Assembly (NCBI GenBank): GCA_048938855.1
Contig: JBHLLT010000005.1
Span: 103,571 to 167,570 of the forward strand
Length of the DNA: 64,000 bases
Reading direction: 5' to 3'
From: Promethearchaeota archaeon
Lineage (GTDB): Archaea; Asgardarchaeota; Lokiarchaeia; Sigyniarchaeales; SOKP01
Under the pieces are notes generated by a model. It had not been told where the DNA came from. It ran no database searches and saw only the letters and a list, made by a program, of their open reading frames with translations. The position numbers and the translations under genes were made by a program. Position 1 is the first letter of the stretch. Each line of letters starts with the position of its first letter. Shown piece by piece: positions 10,203 to 20,363 of this stretch.

Positions 10203-11086
10203 TGAAAGAACTCGCATTATATTTAGGATGTACAATACCTTTAAAATTACCTCATTTAGAGAAGGCATTTCGAGATGTCGCAGGTATTTTGAATGTAAAG
10301 TTAAAAGAAATGGAGGGAGTAAGTTGTTGTCCTGAACCAGTATCTCTACAATCATTAAATATCGATACTTGGGTCACTTTAGGAGCAAGAAATTTGGCTA
10401 TTGCTGAAAAAATGGGTTTGGACATACTTACAATATGTTCAGGGTGCTATGAAACATTAAAAACAGTAAGTGTACTCTTAGAAGAAGATAAGGAATATCT
10501 CAAAAAAATTAATGGGATATTAAAAAAGATTAATTATACTTATGCTGGAAAAACCAAAGTGTATCATTTTGTGGAACTCTTTAGTCAACCAGATTGGTTA
10601 GAAAAAATTAAATCTTTAACAATAAAACCACTTGATGATTTGACTCTTGCTGTTCATTATGGCTGTCATCTCATAAGGCCTAGTAAAATTATGCAATTTG
10701 ATCATCCTGAGAAACCTGAAAAAATAGATATAATTCTTCAAACACTGGGGGCAAAAACCATTGAGTTTGCGAGTAAACTAGAATGTTGTGGATATTGTGC
10801 TAGGCTACAAGAAGAAATAGGTGAAAAACTTGTTGAAGATAAGATGACAGAATTATGCGAACTTGAAGAGGAAGTTGATGCGTTAATTGCAGTTTGCCCA
10901 GCCTGTACAACACAATATGATAGAAAAGAAAAAATAATTTCCAGAAGAACAGGAAAGGAGTTAACTATACCTGTTCTCTATTTAGCGGAAATTATGGCAA
11001 TTGCATTAGGAGTTGAACTTCAAGATCTTAGTTTAACAAACAGAAGCGTTAAACCAAATAAATTAATAAATAAATTAACAACCTAA
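10202..11086 (+). CDS. hdrB: Heterodisulfide reductase subunit B
   Basis: Two CCG-type domains (YLGC, SCCP, CSGC, HYGCH, CCG, CPAC); start overlaps hdrC stop. Confidence 0.93.
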   Translation: MKELALYLGCTIPLKLPHLEKAFRDVAGILNVKLKEMEGVSCCPEPVSLQSLNIDTWVTLGARNLAIAEKMGLDILTICSGCYETLKTVSVLLEEDKEYLKKINGILKKINYTYAGKTKVYHFVELFSQPDWLEKIKSLTIKPLDDLTLAVHYGCHLIRPSKIMQFDHPEKPEKIDIILQTLGAKTIEFASKLECCGYCARLQEEIGEKLVEDKMTELCELEEEVDALIAVCPACTTQYDRKEKIISRRTGKELTIPVLYLAEIMAIALGVELQDLSLTNRSVKPNKLINKLTT

Positions 11087-11174
11087 AATGTGTAACTTTT
11101 TTTTAACACTAAGAAAACTAATAAAAATAAAAAGAAATTTTAAAATAAAATGTGAAAAAAAGGAGTAATATAAT

Positions 11175-11870
11175 ATGATAATTACACAACAAAAAGATGT
11201 AAGCGAAATATATGAATTGATAAAACCATACGACAAAATTTTAATTACTGGTTGTGACGGGTGTTGTCAGCCTCCTCGATCTCTCAACGAAGCAAAACTT
11301 TTGGGACAATTATTAGAACTAAAAGCAAGGACTGAAGGTAAAGAATTAAAATGGAAAGCTATTACAGTACTACGACAATGCGATGATAGGATCGTTGCTA
11401 CGACATGTCGTCCTTATGAAGAAGACTTTGATGCTGTTGTTTCTTTAGCGTGTGGACTAGGGGTTGTAATGATGAATAAAGTTCTTCCTAAGATTTTGAC
11501 CTACCCTGCTCAAAATAGTATGTATGGAGGAGCTCAAGACAATAGCCAAAATAACTATATTGAATTATGTGAAACATGTGGGGATTGTATAATCGGTGAA
11601 ACAGGTGGGGTGTGTCCTCGTGCGGGGTGTGCTAAACATCTCAGCAATGGACCCTGTGGAGGGATGGTTGAAGGTATGTGTGAAGTGGGTGGCTACACCA
11701 TTCCCTGTGCGTGGGTACGGATATGGCAAAGATTAAAAGAATTTGATAGGCTTGATCTTTTCAAAAAATACCGAGGACCAAGAGATTATCGGAAGTCCAC
11801 AAGTCCAGGTTATAGCAATATCCATAAAGATTATACTAATATTGAAGAAAAAAAGGAGGCGAATAAGTAA
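11175..11870 (+). CDS. metV: Methylene-THF reductase small Fe-S/Zn subunit MetV
   Basis: GCDGCC, SLACGLG, CETCGDC...TGGVCP...CAKHLSNGPCGG...CEV...CAW; abuts metF. Confidence 0.9.
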   Translation: MIITQQKDVSEIYELIKPYDKILITGCDGCCQPPRSLNEAKLLGQLLELKARTEGKELKWKAITVLRQCDDRIVATTCRPYEEDFDAVVSLACGLGVVMMNKVLPKILTYPAQNSMYGGAQDNSQNNYIELCETCGDCIIGETGGVCPRAGCAKHLSNGPCGGMVEGMCEVGGYTIPCAWVRIWQRLKEFDRLDLFKKYRGPRDYRKSTSPGYSNIHKDYTNIEEKKEANK

Positions 11871-12824
11871 ATGGCAAAAAGACCAGCATATAGTAATTTA
11901 TGTAAAGCAATTGAAGCAGGCCATTTTGTATTTACTGGAGAGCTTGAGCCAAAGAAAATATTGAATCTTGACGAAATTATCCATTCTGCTAAAGAAATGA
12001 AAAAGACTGGTAGAATAGTAGCTGCTAACGTAACAGATGGCCCACAGGGTGATGCATACATGTCTTCAATGGTGCCAAGTTATCTTGTTCAAGAACAAGC
12101 AAATATCGAAGCTGTATGGCAAGTAACTGTAAGAGATAGAAATCGAGTAGCTCTTTTTGGAGACATTCTCTCAGGAGCAGTTCTTGGTTTAAAAAATATT
12201 CTTACTCTTACTGGAGACCATACTGCGTTAGGAGACCATAAAAAAGGACGTCCCGTATACGATATTGACAGCACACAATTTGTAGAAATGCTTTCTATGA
12301 TGATTGATGAGGGTACGGATTATGAAGGAAATGAAATTGAAGGTGGTAAAATTGAGATGAATTTTGGATGTGTTGCGAACCCTAATAGTGATCCACGCGA
12401 ACCTGAAATCTTTAAGGTGGGTAGGAAGGTAGAACAAGGGGTAGATTTTATTCAAACTCAAACAGCATTCGATATTGATCAGGCTAAAGAATTTCTTAAA
12501 GAACTTGAACAATTCAATGTTCCTGTTTTATTGGGGATCTTTCCTCTAAAATCTCATGGGATCGCATGGTACTTCGATAATTTTATTCCAGGTGTCTCAG
12601 TACCAAAGGAACTTCTTAAATCTCTTAAGAAGGCAGAGAAAGATAATAAAAGTAATAAACCTGCGAAGTATGCTGCTATTGATAAAATTAATATCGAATA
12701 TTTCAAACCGTTCATTAATGAAATTAAGAAAACCACTAAAGTTGCTGGAATTCACTGCATGGCTGTTGAATATGAAAGGTTGTTCGCACCCCTTCTTGGA
12801 GATTATCCTGAATACGTAAAATAA
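11871..12824 (+). CDS. metF: Methylenetetrahydrofolate reductase catalytic subunit
   Basis: FVFTGELEP, NVTDGP, VRDRNR, LTGDH, GVDFIQTQ and GIHCMA motifs. Confidence 0.93.
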   Translation: MAKRPAYSNLCKAIEAGHFVFTGELEPKKILNLDEIIHSAKEMKKTGRIVAANVTDGPQGDAYMSSMVPSYLVQEQANIEAVWQVTVRDRNRVALFGDILSGAVLGLKNILTLTGDHTALGDHKKGRPVYDIDSTQFVEMLSMMIDEGTDYEGNEIEGGKIEMNFGCVANPNSDPREPEIFKVGRKVEQGVDFIQTQTAFDIDQAKEFLKELEQFNVPVLLGIFPLKSHGIAWYFDNFIPGVSVPKELLKSLKKAEKDNKSNKPAKYAAIDKINIEYFKPFINEIKKTTKVAGIHCMAVEYERLFAPLLGDYPEYVK

Positions 12825-12885
12825 GTCATATATTTTGATTTTTTTATATTAAATGTTATATTTTTTTGAATTTAAATAAATAAAA

Positions 12886-13365
12886 GTGAGAAGAACCGTG
12901 AAAAATCTAGATGATAAAGATAAAAGAATTCTTGAAATGCTTCTCGAGGATTCTAGAAGACCATATCATGAAATTGCTGCAGATCCACAAGTTCAATTAT
13001 CAGAATCTACGGTTAGGAAAAGAGTTATCAAATTACAAGAGGAAGGAGTAATTGAAAAATTCACTATAAAGATTTGCCGTGAAGATGAAAGATGTATAAT
13101 TGCATTCCTTACATTAATTCCGAAAAGTTTAGCGGAAACAAAAGAATTATTAAGAGAAGCGCAAGTTCTACCTCAATGTGAAGAAGTTTATTTTCTTGCA
13201 GGGGAATGTGGCGTTTTAATAAAAGTAAATGTACCTGAAATTATTGAATTAGATGCACTGATAGAGTCATTTCGTGGTCGTGCTGATGTAAAAAGCGTGG
13301 AGAGAGTTTGCGTTGTCCTTAGGCCTATAAAGACAATTATTGGGTCCCAGGGTCGAGTGCTTTAA
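12886..13365 (+). CDS. Lrp/AsnC family transcriptional regulator
   Basis: LDDKDKRILEMLLEDSRRPY...LSESTVRKRV..L.EEGVIEKFT. Confidence 0.92.
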   Translation: MRRTVKNLDDKDKRILEMLLEDSRRPYHEIAADPQVQLSESTVRKRVIKLQEEGVIEKFTIKICREDERCIIAFLTLIPKSLAETKELLREAQVLPQCEEVYFLAGECGVLIKVNVPEIIELDALIESFRGRADVKSVERVCVVLRPIKTIIGSQGRVL

Positions 13366-13494
13366 ATTATTTTTAAATATTTTTTAGAAAAAAGTTAGAA
13401 CTGGACTAGTCTCAATATCTTCACAGAATTCTTACTCCAAAAAAAAACATTTTTAAAAGTAAATAATATTTATTCTCACTTTAATTACTTACAC

Positions 13495-14415
13495 GTGATT
13501 TTATTGAGAAAATTTGTCAATAATGTTTATATAGTGAAACCTTTTAATCCTAATACACCTGATTGCTGTGTGTATATGGTTGATACTAGAAGTGAAGATG
13601 GCTTAGTATTAATTGATGTGGGGACAAGCTTTGAACCTATTCAAGATATTGAGAAAGAGGGATTTGCACTCAAGAATATTAAACACTGCCTTATAACTCA
13701 TGGTCATTTTGATCATTATGGAGCTTGCTTTAAACTAAAAGAGTATAATAAAGATATTAAATTTTATGCCCATGAATTGGATGTTAAGGCTATTGAACAA
13801 GAAATAATAAATCCTAATATTGCCCAGCTTTATGCAGAGTATAAATATGAACGGATTAAAATCACCAATAAAGTAAAGGCTGATAACGAACTCTTAAAAT
13901 TTGGGAATTTAGAATTTAGATGTATACATATTCCTGGGCATACTCCTGGATCAGTTGCTTATCTCTTAGAATTGGAAGGAAAAAAGATTTTATTTGCTGG
14001 AGATCTTCCAGGTATAGCTATAAATTATCAGGGAGGTAATTTAGGAGCTTATCTTAAATCAATGCACAAGCTATTAAACTTAGAAATTGATATTAGCTGT
14101 GAAGGTCATGAAGATCTCATATTTCCAGCAGAAAGAGTGAAGAAGTACATTAAAGGATACATGAAGCTTAATGAGAAACTCAACATTGTAGTACTAGAAA
14201 ACCCATCTGATATTGAATCCTTACTTGAGTTGGCAAAAGTATCAAAAGAGCTTTCATTTTATGAAAATGTACTAGATTTTAGTAATTATGTACTAGAAAT
14301 TGCACCAGATAATAAGCTCGCTAAAAATCTAATTAGAGAAGCAAAGAAACATAATCCAGCAAAAATTAATTGGATTAAAGGCTTAATAGAACGAGCCTCC
14401 GAATCGAGAAAATAG
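13495..14415 (+). CDS. MBL-fold metallo-hydrolase with C-terminal TPR-like helices
   Basis: THGHFDH, PGHTPGS, FAGD, EGH. Confidence 0.88.
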   Translation: MILLRKFVNNVYIVKPFNPNTPDCCVYMVDTRSEDGLVLIDVGTSFEPIQDIEKEGFALKNIKHCLITHGHFDHYGACFKLKEYNKDIKFYAHELDVKAIEQEIINPNIAQLYAEYKYERIKITNKVKADNELLKFGNLEFRCIHIPGHTPGSVAYLLELEGKKILFAGDLPGIAINYQGGNLGAYLKSMHKLLNLEIDISCEGHEDLIFPAERVKKYIKGYMKLNEKLNIVVLENPSDIESLLELAKVSKELSFYENVLDFSNYVLEIAPDNKLAKNLIREAKKHNPAKINWIKGLIERASESRK

Positions 14416-14448
14416 TAATGTTTTTAAAAAATACAGTTTATTTAAATT

Positions 14449-15051
14449 CTAGTTAAACCAATTAACAGCTGAAACTAACTTGTGCTTATAATATTTCCCT
14501 AAAATTAATCTTAGGATGTCCTCAAAACAATCTAAAACCCCCTCTCCACTAAGCGCAATTGTAAATTTCCACTCTAAAACCCTAAATTTATCATACTTTA
14601 TTTCATCTAAGAAATTTCTTGGATTAAATTTGTCTGGTAAATCTTGTTTGTTAAATGCAAGAATTATTGGTATTTCTTTGAGTGATTCACGGAAATAAGA
14701 GATAAGTTCTTGCCACGATGCTAAATTGCGCTCATATACTTCCTCTTGAGAATCAGCTATAAAAATGATACCATCAACAGCTCTTAGGGTTATTGGTCTG
14801 GTAACAAAATAAAAATCTTGTCCAGTTGTAGTATAGATGTGTAGTTTTAATTTCCATTCCTCATTTTGGAATGTAACAGTACCATAATCAAAAAATAACG
14901 TCCTATTTACTGTAGATTCAATACTTTGGAGTGCTTCTCCCTTTCCAAAGTGGGAAAACAAAGCTTTTATAGTAGTAGTCTTTCCTGATAGTGCTGGACC
15001 AAAATACACAATTTTAATGCTGATTGTCTTATCACAGTGATCAATAATCAT
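14449..15051 (-). CDS. mglA: MglA-like small GTPase
   Basis: KIVYFGPALSGKTT, RTLFFDY, YTTTGQDFY, VDGIIFIADSQ, NKQDLP. Confidence 0.9.
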   Translation of the reverse strand: MIIDHCDKTISIKIVYFGPALSGKTTTIKALFSHFGKGEALQSIESTVNRTLFFDYGTVTFQNEEWKLKLHIYTTTGQDFYFVTRPITLRAVDGIIFIADSQEEVYERNLASWQELISYFRESLKEIPIILAFNKQDLPDKFNPRNFLDEIKYDKFRVLEWKFTIALSGEGVLDCFEDILRLILGKYYKHKLVSAVNWFN

Positions 15052-15118
15052 GATTATAGATCTAAAAGAACATTTTTAAAAGCCAATTTTTTAAAGATAT
15101 TGTAATATTTAAAAATTG

Positions 15119-15154
15119 CTTGATATTATCAAGTATTTAGTAGACTTTGTCAAG
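15119..15154. promoter_or_regulatory. Putative MarR operator pair upstream of the MarR-GNAT gene
   Basis: Perfect palindrome CTTGATA-T-TATCAAG (15119-15133) and a degenerate copy GTAGACT-T-TGTCAAG (15140-15154) just before a TTTAAATA box. Confidence 0.55.
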
Positions 15155-15192
15155 ATTTAAATATATAAAATCATAATATAATTTGAAAAACT

Positions 15193-16116
15193 ATGATAGC
15201 AGAATTGGAGAAAATTAGAAAAATACGTAGCTTTAACCGTTTTTACACTAATTTACTTGGTTTGCTGGAAAGAACACTCCTAAAAAGTGAATATTCTTTA
15301 ACCGAAGTAAGAATAATGTTTGAGCTAAATCGCTTATCCTCAACTACTGCTAGTGAACTTGTTAGAATGCTTCAATTGGATCCAGCATATCTAAGTAGAA
15401 TTTTAAGTAGTTTTGAGAGAAATAAACTGATTCATAAGAAACAATCAAATCAAGATATGCGTAAGCAGTTGCTTTCTTTAACGACTGAGGGAAAAAAAGT
15501 AATATCGGAACTTCAGGATAAAGCAGATGAGCAAATTAAGGATTTACTTACCAACATACCAAACAATGAACAAAATCAACTTGTAACTGCGATGAGTAAT
15601 ATTGAGCGAATTTTAAACCCTGAACATCCTAAATCAGGATTTTATAATATCCGCTCACACAGGCCAGGGGATATAGGATATATTATCTTTAGGCATGGAG
15701 TGATTTATGCCATGGAGTATCAACTTGATGAGACTTTTGAAGCTTATGTGGCTAAATATATGGCAGAATTTATTGAAAATTACAATAGAAACACCGAAAG
15801 ATTATGGATTGTTGAGAAAGGAACTGAGATTATTGGTTCAATCGCTATTGTCAAAAATGATGATACAACTGCACAATTACGATGGCTTCTAGTTGAACCT
15901 CATATGCGGAATAAGGGAATCGGAACAAAACTCATGGATGAAGCACTCAATTTTTGTAAAAATCGGGGTTATCAAAAAATAATATTAGGGACATTTAGTG
16001 ATCTATTAAACGCTCGTAGGTTATATAAAAAAAATGGTTTTCAATTAGTTCAATCTAAATCTCACACGATTTGGGGCCAAAACTTAACAGAAGAGCAATG
16101 GGAGTTGAAGTTATAG
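15193..16116 (+). CDS. MarR HTH + GNAT acetyltransferase fusion
   Basis: IRSFNRFYT...LDPAYLSRIL MarR domain; AQLRWLLVEP..RNKGIGTKL...ARRLYKKNGF GNAT domain. Confidence 0.93.
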   Translation: MIAELEKIRKIRSFNRFYTNLLGLLERTLLKSEYSLTEVRIMFELNRLSSTTASELVRMLQLDPAYLSRILSSFERNKLIHKKQSNQDMRKQLLSLTTEGKKVISELQDKADEQIKDLLTNIPNNEQNQLVTAMSNIERILNPEHPKSGFYNIRSHRPGDIGYIIFRHGVIYAMEYQLDETFEAYVAKYMAEFIENYNRNTERLWIVEKGTEIIGSIAIVKNDDTTAQLRWLLVEPHMRNKGIGTKLMDEALNFCKNRGYQKIILGTFSDLLNARRLYKKNGFQLVQSKSHTIWGQNLTEEQWELKL

Positions 16117-16202
16117 TTTCATAAAAAAAGTTCTAGAGAAGTTCAAGAATTACATCTATTTATTGAAAAAAACATATTCCAATCTATATACTAAATATAA
16201 AA

Positions 16203-16568
16203 GTGGTTGCTTTGAATATAGAAGATAGAAACAAAATTGAAAAAATTATTAAAGATAGGAATGAAAGTGATAAAAAATTAAAAGAATTCAACTCAAAAGT
16301 TTACAGTGCTTTTTTAAATATGGAAAGACAAACATACTCGGATAGAATTCTAAAAAAAGTTTATAAAGAGTTAATAGCAGTAGGTATTTCGATTGTATTA
16401 AATTGTGAATCATGTATGGAATGGCATATTAAAGAAGCTTTAAGATCTGGGGCCTCTGAAGGACAAGTTTTAGAAGCAATTGAAGTTGGAATTGAAATGG
16501 GTGGAGGTCCTGCAACGGTTTCAAGTAGGTTCGCCTTGAAAGTATTAGAATATTACATTTCCTCTTAA
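16203..16568 (+). CDS. Carboxymuconolactone decarboxylase/AhpD-like protein
   Basis: KELIAVGIS...CESCMEWH...EMGGGP. Confidence 0.88.
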   Translation: MVALNIEDRNKIEKIIKDRNESDKKLKEFNSKVYSAFLNMERQTYSDRILKKVYKELIAVGISIVLNCESCMEWHIKEALRSGASEGQVLEAIEVGIEMGGGPATVSSRFALKVLEYYISS

Positions 16569-16743
16569 TAATCTTTAAAAAGACTAAAATTAACCCTTCA
16601 TCTTCAAAAATTGTCTTAATATTTGGAATTGGAAACCTAGAAAACTTTTAATTGTTGAATTTAATTAAAAAAATAATCATAAATAATATTTTGAAAGAGG
16701 TTTTTCTAATTTTATAGAAATTTAATCTCTTCTAAAGATACTA

Positions 16744-17910
16744 ATGATCAGAGTAGCCAGAATTAAAAAAAATCTTAAACAATTTGCTTTTCCTCGATTA
16801 TCAGGAACAAGATTTGAACTTGAAGCTTTCAATAAAGTAAAAAGGGAAGTAGAGAATTTAAATTTGGATTACGAAATCCAACGTTTTACATTTAGCTCTT
16901 TTTATTCGCGATTGTATCCTAAAATAGCATTTTCATCAGGATCATTAATTTTTATATTACTATTAATATTTTTGAATATTTCTATGATTTTATCTTTAGT
17001 TTTGATTTTTGTATTACTGAGTATAGTTATAGTGTCATTTGCCTTGACTAGAAATCCTGAAAAAATTAAAATTTATTCAAAATTGAAATCTCAAAACCTA
17101 CTTACTAAGATTAAATCTAATTCAAATAAAGCTGAGAATCCTAATAGAGTTGCCTTATTTATGAGTCATTTGGATTCCAAGGGACAAAGATTCACTATCA
17201 GAATCCGGATAAGAGTAATCAAGTTATGGATTGCCTCATCAGTTGTTCTACCTTTTTTTATTGTACTTAGAAACTTTCAATTTCTAGGTTTAGAGCTGAT
17301 ATTTTTAATTACAGGGCTGATTCCGTTAACATTAAATATATTTGCTTCTGTAATACTAGTTCTAAATAAAACTGAAAATAGTTCTATGGGTGCAGTTGAT
17401 AACGCATCAGGTATAGCATGCAATTTAGAACTTCTAAATTATTATAATAACCCTGAAAATAGATTAAAGAATTACGACATGTGGTTTCTTTTTAGTGGTG
17501 CTGAAGAATGCGGAACAATTGGTATTAGGCATTTCTATAATAAATTAAATAATTTTGATCCTGAAAAATCAGTAATATTTAATTTTGAATCTATCGCCAA
17601 TTTTGTATTTCTTTTTCCAGGAGATAATGAAGGAAGTCATCTCCAAGATATTGACCATTTGTTATTGAATAATAATAGAAGACTTCCTATCAGACATTAT
17701 TTTACAAGTAGAGTATTAGGCACTCATTCTGATGGTGGTTTTTTAGGAGATAAGGGATTTCAAGGATATGGAATTGGTGAGGTTCAAGCATATGAGTATA
17801 TGCACACCCCAAACGATACTATTGATAAAGTAAATACTGTAATTTTAAAGAAATTATGTTTGGTTCTTACAGATACTTTAAAAGAACATGATTCCAACTT
17901 TACGTTCTAA
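16744..17910 (+). CDS. Membrane-embedded M28 family metallopeptidase
   Basis: SHLDS, GAVDNASG, GAEE, HSD, HTPNDT motifs with inserted TM hairpins. Confidence 0.87.
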   Translation: MIRVARIKKNLKQFAFPRLSGTRFELEAFNKVKREVENLNLDYEIQRFTFSSFYSRLYPKIAFSSGSLIFILLLIFLNISMILSLVLIFVLLSIVIVSFALTRNPEKIKIYSKLKSQNLLTKIKSNSNKAENPNRVALFMSHLDSKGQRFTIRIRIRVIKLWIASSVVLPFFIVLRNFQFLGLELIFLITGLIPLTLNIFASVILVLNKTENSSMGAVDNASGIACNLELLNYYNNPENRLKNYDMWFLFSGAEECGTIGIRHFYNKLNNFDPEKSVIFNFESIANFVFLFPGDNEGSHLQDIDHLLLNNNRRLPIRHYFTSRVLGTHSDGGFLGDKGFQGYGIGEVQAYEYMHTPNDTIDKVNTVILKKLCLVLTDTLKEHDSNFTF

Positions 17911-18054
17911 GAATCATAAAAAGCATCTCATAAAGGTATACAAGCTAATATTAACAAATTGAGTGAAATTTTGATATAGGTTATGAAAAAAAATATATAT
18001 AAGATTTGGATCTTATAACGAAATACTTTTTTTCAAAAAAAATTTAAAATTTGG

Positions 18055-18825
18055 TTGAGATTTATGCCGATTGATAGAAAAAGTCTGATAGTTATAATTA
18101 TGGCTATTTTTATTGCAGGAGGAGTGTCTGGTGGTTTTATAGGTTATTATTTTCCTAGATTAGGGGAAGGAAGAACGTTTAATGCCGTTGTTGACGGCAA
18201 TTTTAATGCTGCTGAAGGATGGCAATACTCAGATTGGCAATTCATAGAGTATTTGCTAACTGATGATGATAATTTAGCGACACATAATTTCTTTTATGTC
18301 CATTTAACTACCGATTCACTATATATTCTAATAGATTTTGCAAGTGATATTACTTCCGACACTACTGGTGAATTTCTTGCTGTTTGGATTGATACTGACA
18401 ATTCTCTTAGCGAATTTACAAGTGATATCCATTGGAATGCCTTCGCTACAAATCCAGGACATGAATTGTTATGTTATATTCCACAAGCGGAACATATCAA
18501 TTCTACTCTTAATTTAGGGGGTCATGAATACAATACAACCTTAAATCATACAATTTCTAGAGTGGAATATGGATTCCAATCTTCAATAAATTCTCCAAAT
18601 TTGCATCGCATTTTTGAAATAGAAATAGAGAGAACAGCTTTAAAAGGACTTAATTCTACAAATTTCAATGTAGCATTTCTAGGATATGGAACTGTGTTTA
18701 TTCCAATATATATTGATTATGGTTTTTGGGGTGCTCCAACACTTTTTGCTTCAGAATTCTATGATCACAGTGGATGGGTGAGAGAACGGACTTACTTCAA
18801 ATGTGGATATGGAGTAGAAATGTAG
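18055..18825 (+). CDS. Membrane-anchored extracellular hypothetical protein (possible DOMON/CBM9-like beta-sandwich)
   Basis: N-terminal TM; VDG...W, LYILID, VWIDTDN, FEIEI pattern. Confidence 0.6.
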   Translation: MRFMPIDRKSLIVIIMAIFIAGGVSGGFIGYYFPRLGEGRTFNAVVDGNFNAAEGWQYSDWQFIEYLLTDDDNLATHNFFYVHLTTDSLYILIDFASDITSDTTGEFLAVWIDTDNSLSEFTSDIHWNAFATNPGHELLCYIPQAEHINSTLNLGGHEYNTTLNHTISRVEYGFQSSINSPNLHRIFEIEIERTALKGLNSTNFNVAFLGYGTVFIPIYIDYGFWGAPTLFASEFYDHSGWVRERTYFKCGYGVEM

Positions 18826-18898
18826 AAAGCATTCTTAAAACTATTTAATTTTTTTTTTTGTTAAATACTATATTTGGTAATTTCACTAAATTTGTGAG

Positions 18899-19069
18899 TT
18901 AAAATTTAAAAAGAATTATATTATCCATTAGAGAAAGAACTCCTGCTCTAAAAAAATGATCAGTAATGTGAATCGATTCAAACCCTAGTCCTTCAACTTT
19001 TAGTGTTAAATCTTTAATATCGGGATATGTATGGTGCGTTAAATCTCTTAGTGAATATCTAAATCTCAT
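18899..19069 (-). pseudogene. N-terminal remnant of an LLM-class (luciferase-like) oxidoreductase
   Basis: MRF...VEGLGFESIHITDHFF resembles the LLM GFDSxWxxDH motif; frame ends after about 56 aa. Confidence 0.55.
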
Positions 19070-19251
19070 AAGTTTAAAAAAACAATTGATATAATCAGTC
19101 TTATCGTTTATAGGGGAAAATGATATTGCTTCATATAAAGAAGAATTTTTAAATAAAGTGAAATAATTAAAATCTTGGTACAATAATATGTACATGAATG
19201 TCCAAAATTAAAAGAATTTTAAATCAAAATTATTTAAGAAGGTGATAATTA

Positions 19252-19548
19252 ATGGGTATATATTTAATTCTATGGGAAGTAGATTGGACTAAAATTCCAA
19301 TCGATAGAAAAGAAAGAGGTATAGGCTGGAATGGGTTATTAGCTTTAGTAAGGAAAGATATGCAAGAAGGGATAACAAAAGATTGGGGAGCATTCGTAGG
19401 TGAAACAAAGGGTTATAGCATCATGGATGCTTCAGAGGTAGAGCTTGGTAAGGCATTACAAAAATATGTTCCATTTACTAAATTTGATATAAAGGCAATC
19501 GCAACATTAGATCAAGTTCAAGAAGTTATAGATGATTTAAAAAAGTAA
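19252..19548 (+). CDS. Small alpha/beta protein (DUF3303-like)
   Basis: GGTGA SD; KDWGAFVGETKGYSI...YVPF pattern. Confidence 0.65.
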   Translation: MGIYLILWEVDWTKIPIDRKERGIGWNGLLALVRKDMQEGITKDWGAFVGETKGYSIMDASEVELGKALQKYVPFTKFDIKAIATLDQVQEVIDDLKK

Positions 19549-19901
19549 ACTAAACTTAGCCAAATAAGCCAAATGAATTTCGCTATCTTACTTTTTTTTT
19601 TGATTTTTAATATTAATTTAACCTTTTTTGCTACTTCATAAATATCCTTATCCGTACTCTCTAGATGATCTTCAATTTTAGGGTGTTCCATGACGAATTT
19701 TCTACTATCTAAGCATAGTGTTAGCTCCTAACTTCACTCGGGTATTTTTTTGAAAATTTTACACATCTCTTCGTATGAGAAACTTAAACAGTGTCAAGAA
19801 ACTTAAACTTTTAATATGATAATTAAGCACTAAACTATAAAAAATAAAATCGTAATTTACTTATTTATTTTTAAAAATAATAAATATTATTACCAAACTA
19901 A

Positions 19902-20363
19902 ATGTCAGTAAAAGGATTTAACTCAAAAGAATTAGAAGAGCTAAAATCAATTAAAATAGGTAAATGGGATATAATCTCAGAATATCATCGAATTGACTGG
20001 GTTAAAGCTGGATATAATGAAGAAGAAGCAAAAATTCATGGTATTGTGATAGCAATTGTTGGATATCAAGCACGATTAGGAAAGGAAACTCAAAAATACA
20101 AATTAGAACAAAAAGGAAAAGAAAAAGGTGTATCAGTAGTCCATAGAAAACAAGAGAAATGGATTACGACGAAAGAATTTGATAAAATTATAAATAAAAT
20201 TGGCGATAAATATTATAAAGAAGTATTCTCTCCTGCCATAGAAAACTTATATAATAAAGGTTATTCTTACGACGAGGTAAAGAAAGCAGTTGATATCCCA
20301 TCAAAAATAGGAGCTAAAATAACCTTAGATAAATTTATACCTTATCTGTCAACTTATTTATAA
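19902..20363 (+). CDS. Hypothetical protein
   Basis: 153 aa ORF with genome-like codon use; no recognised motif. Confidence 0.7.
   Translation: MSVKGFNSKELEELKSIKIGKWDIISEYHRIDWVKAGYNEEEAKIHGIVIAIVGYQARLGKETQKYKLEQKGKEKGVSVVHRKQEKWITTKEFDKIINKIGDKYYKEVFSPAIENLYNKGYSYDEVKKAVDIPSKIGAKITLDKFIPYLSTYL

Noticed and set aside
6187-11086. Selenocysteine (in-frame TGA) in HdrA/MvhD
   Set aside because: The ORFs are uninterrupted and the expected ligands are ordinary Cys codons; no recoding is needed
19070-19195. 5' part of the tracked 98-aa ORF 18899..19195
   Set aside because: Looks like AT-rich promoter DNA; only the part from ATG 19069 resembles a protein
19778-19808. Direct repeat AGAAACTTAAAC x2
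   Set aside because: Short, AT-rich and not associated with any mobile element features
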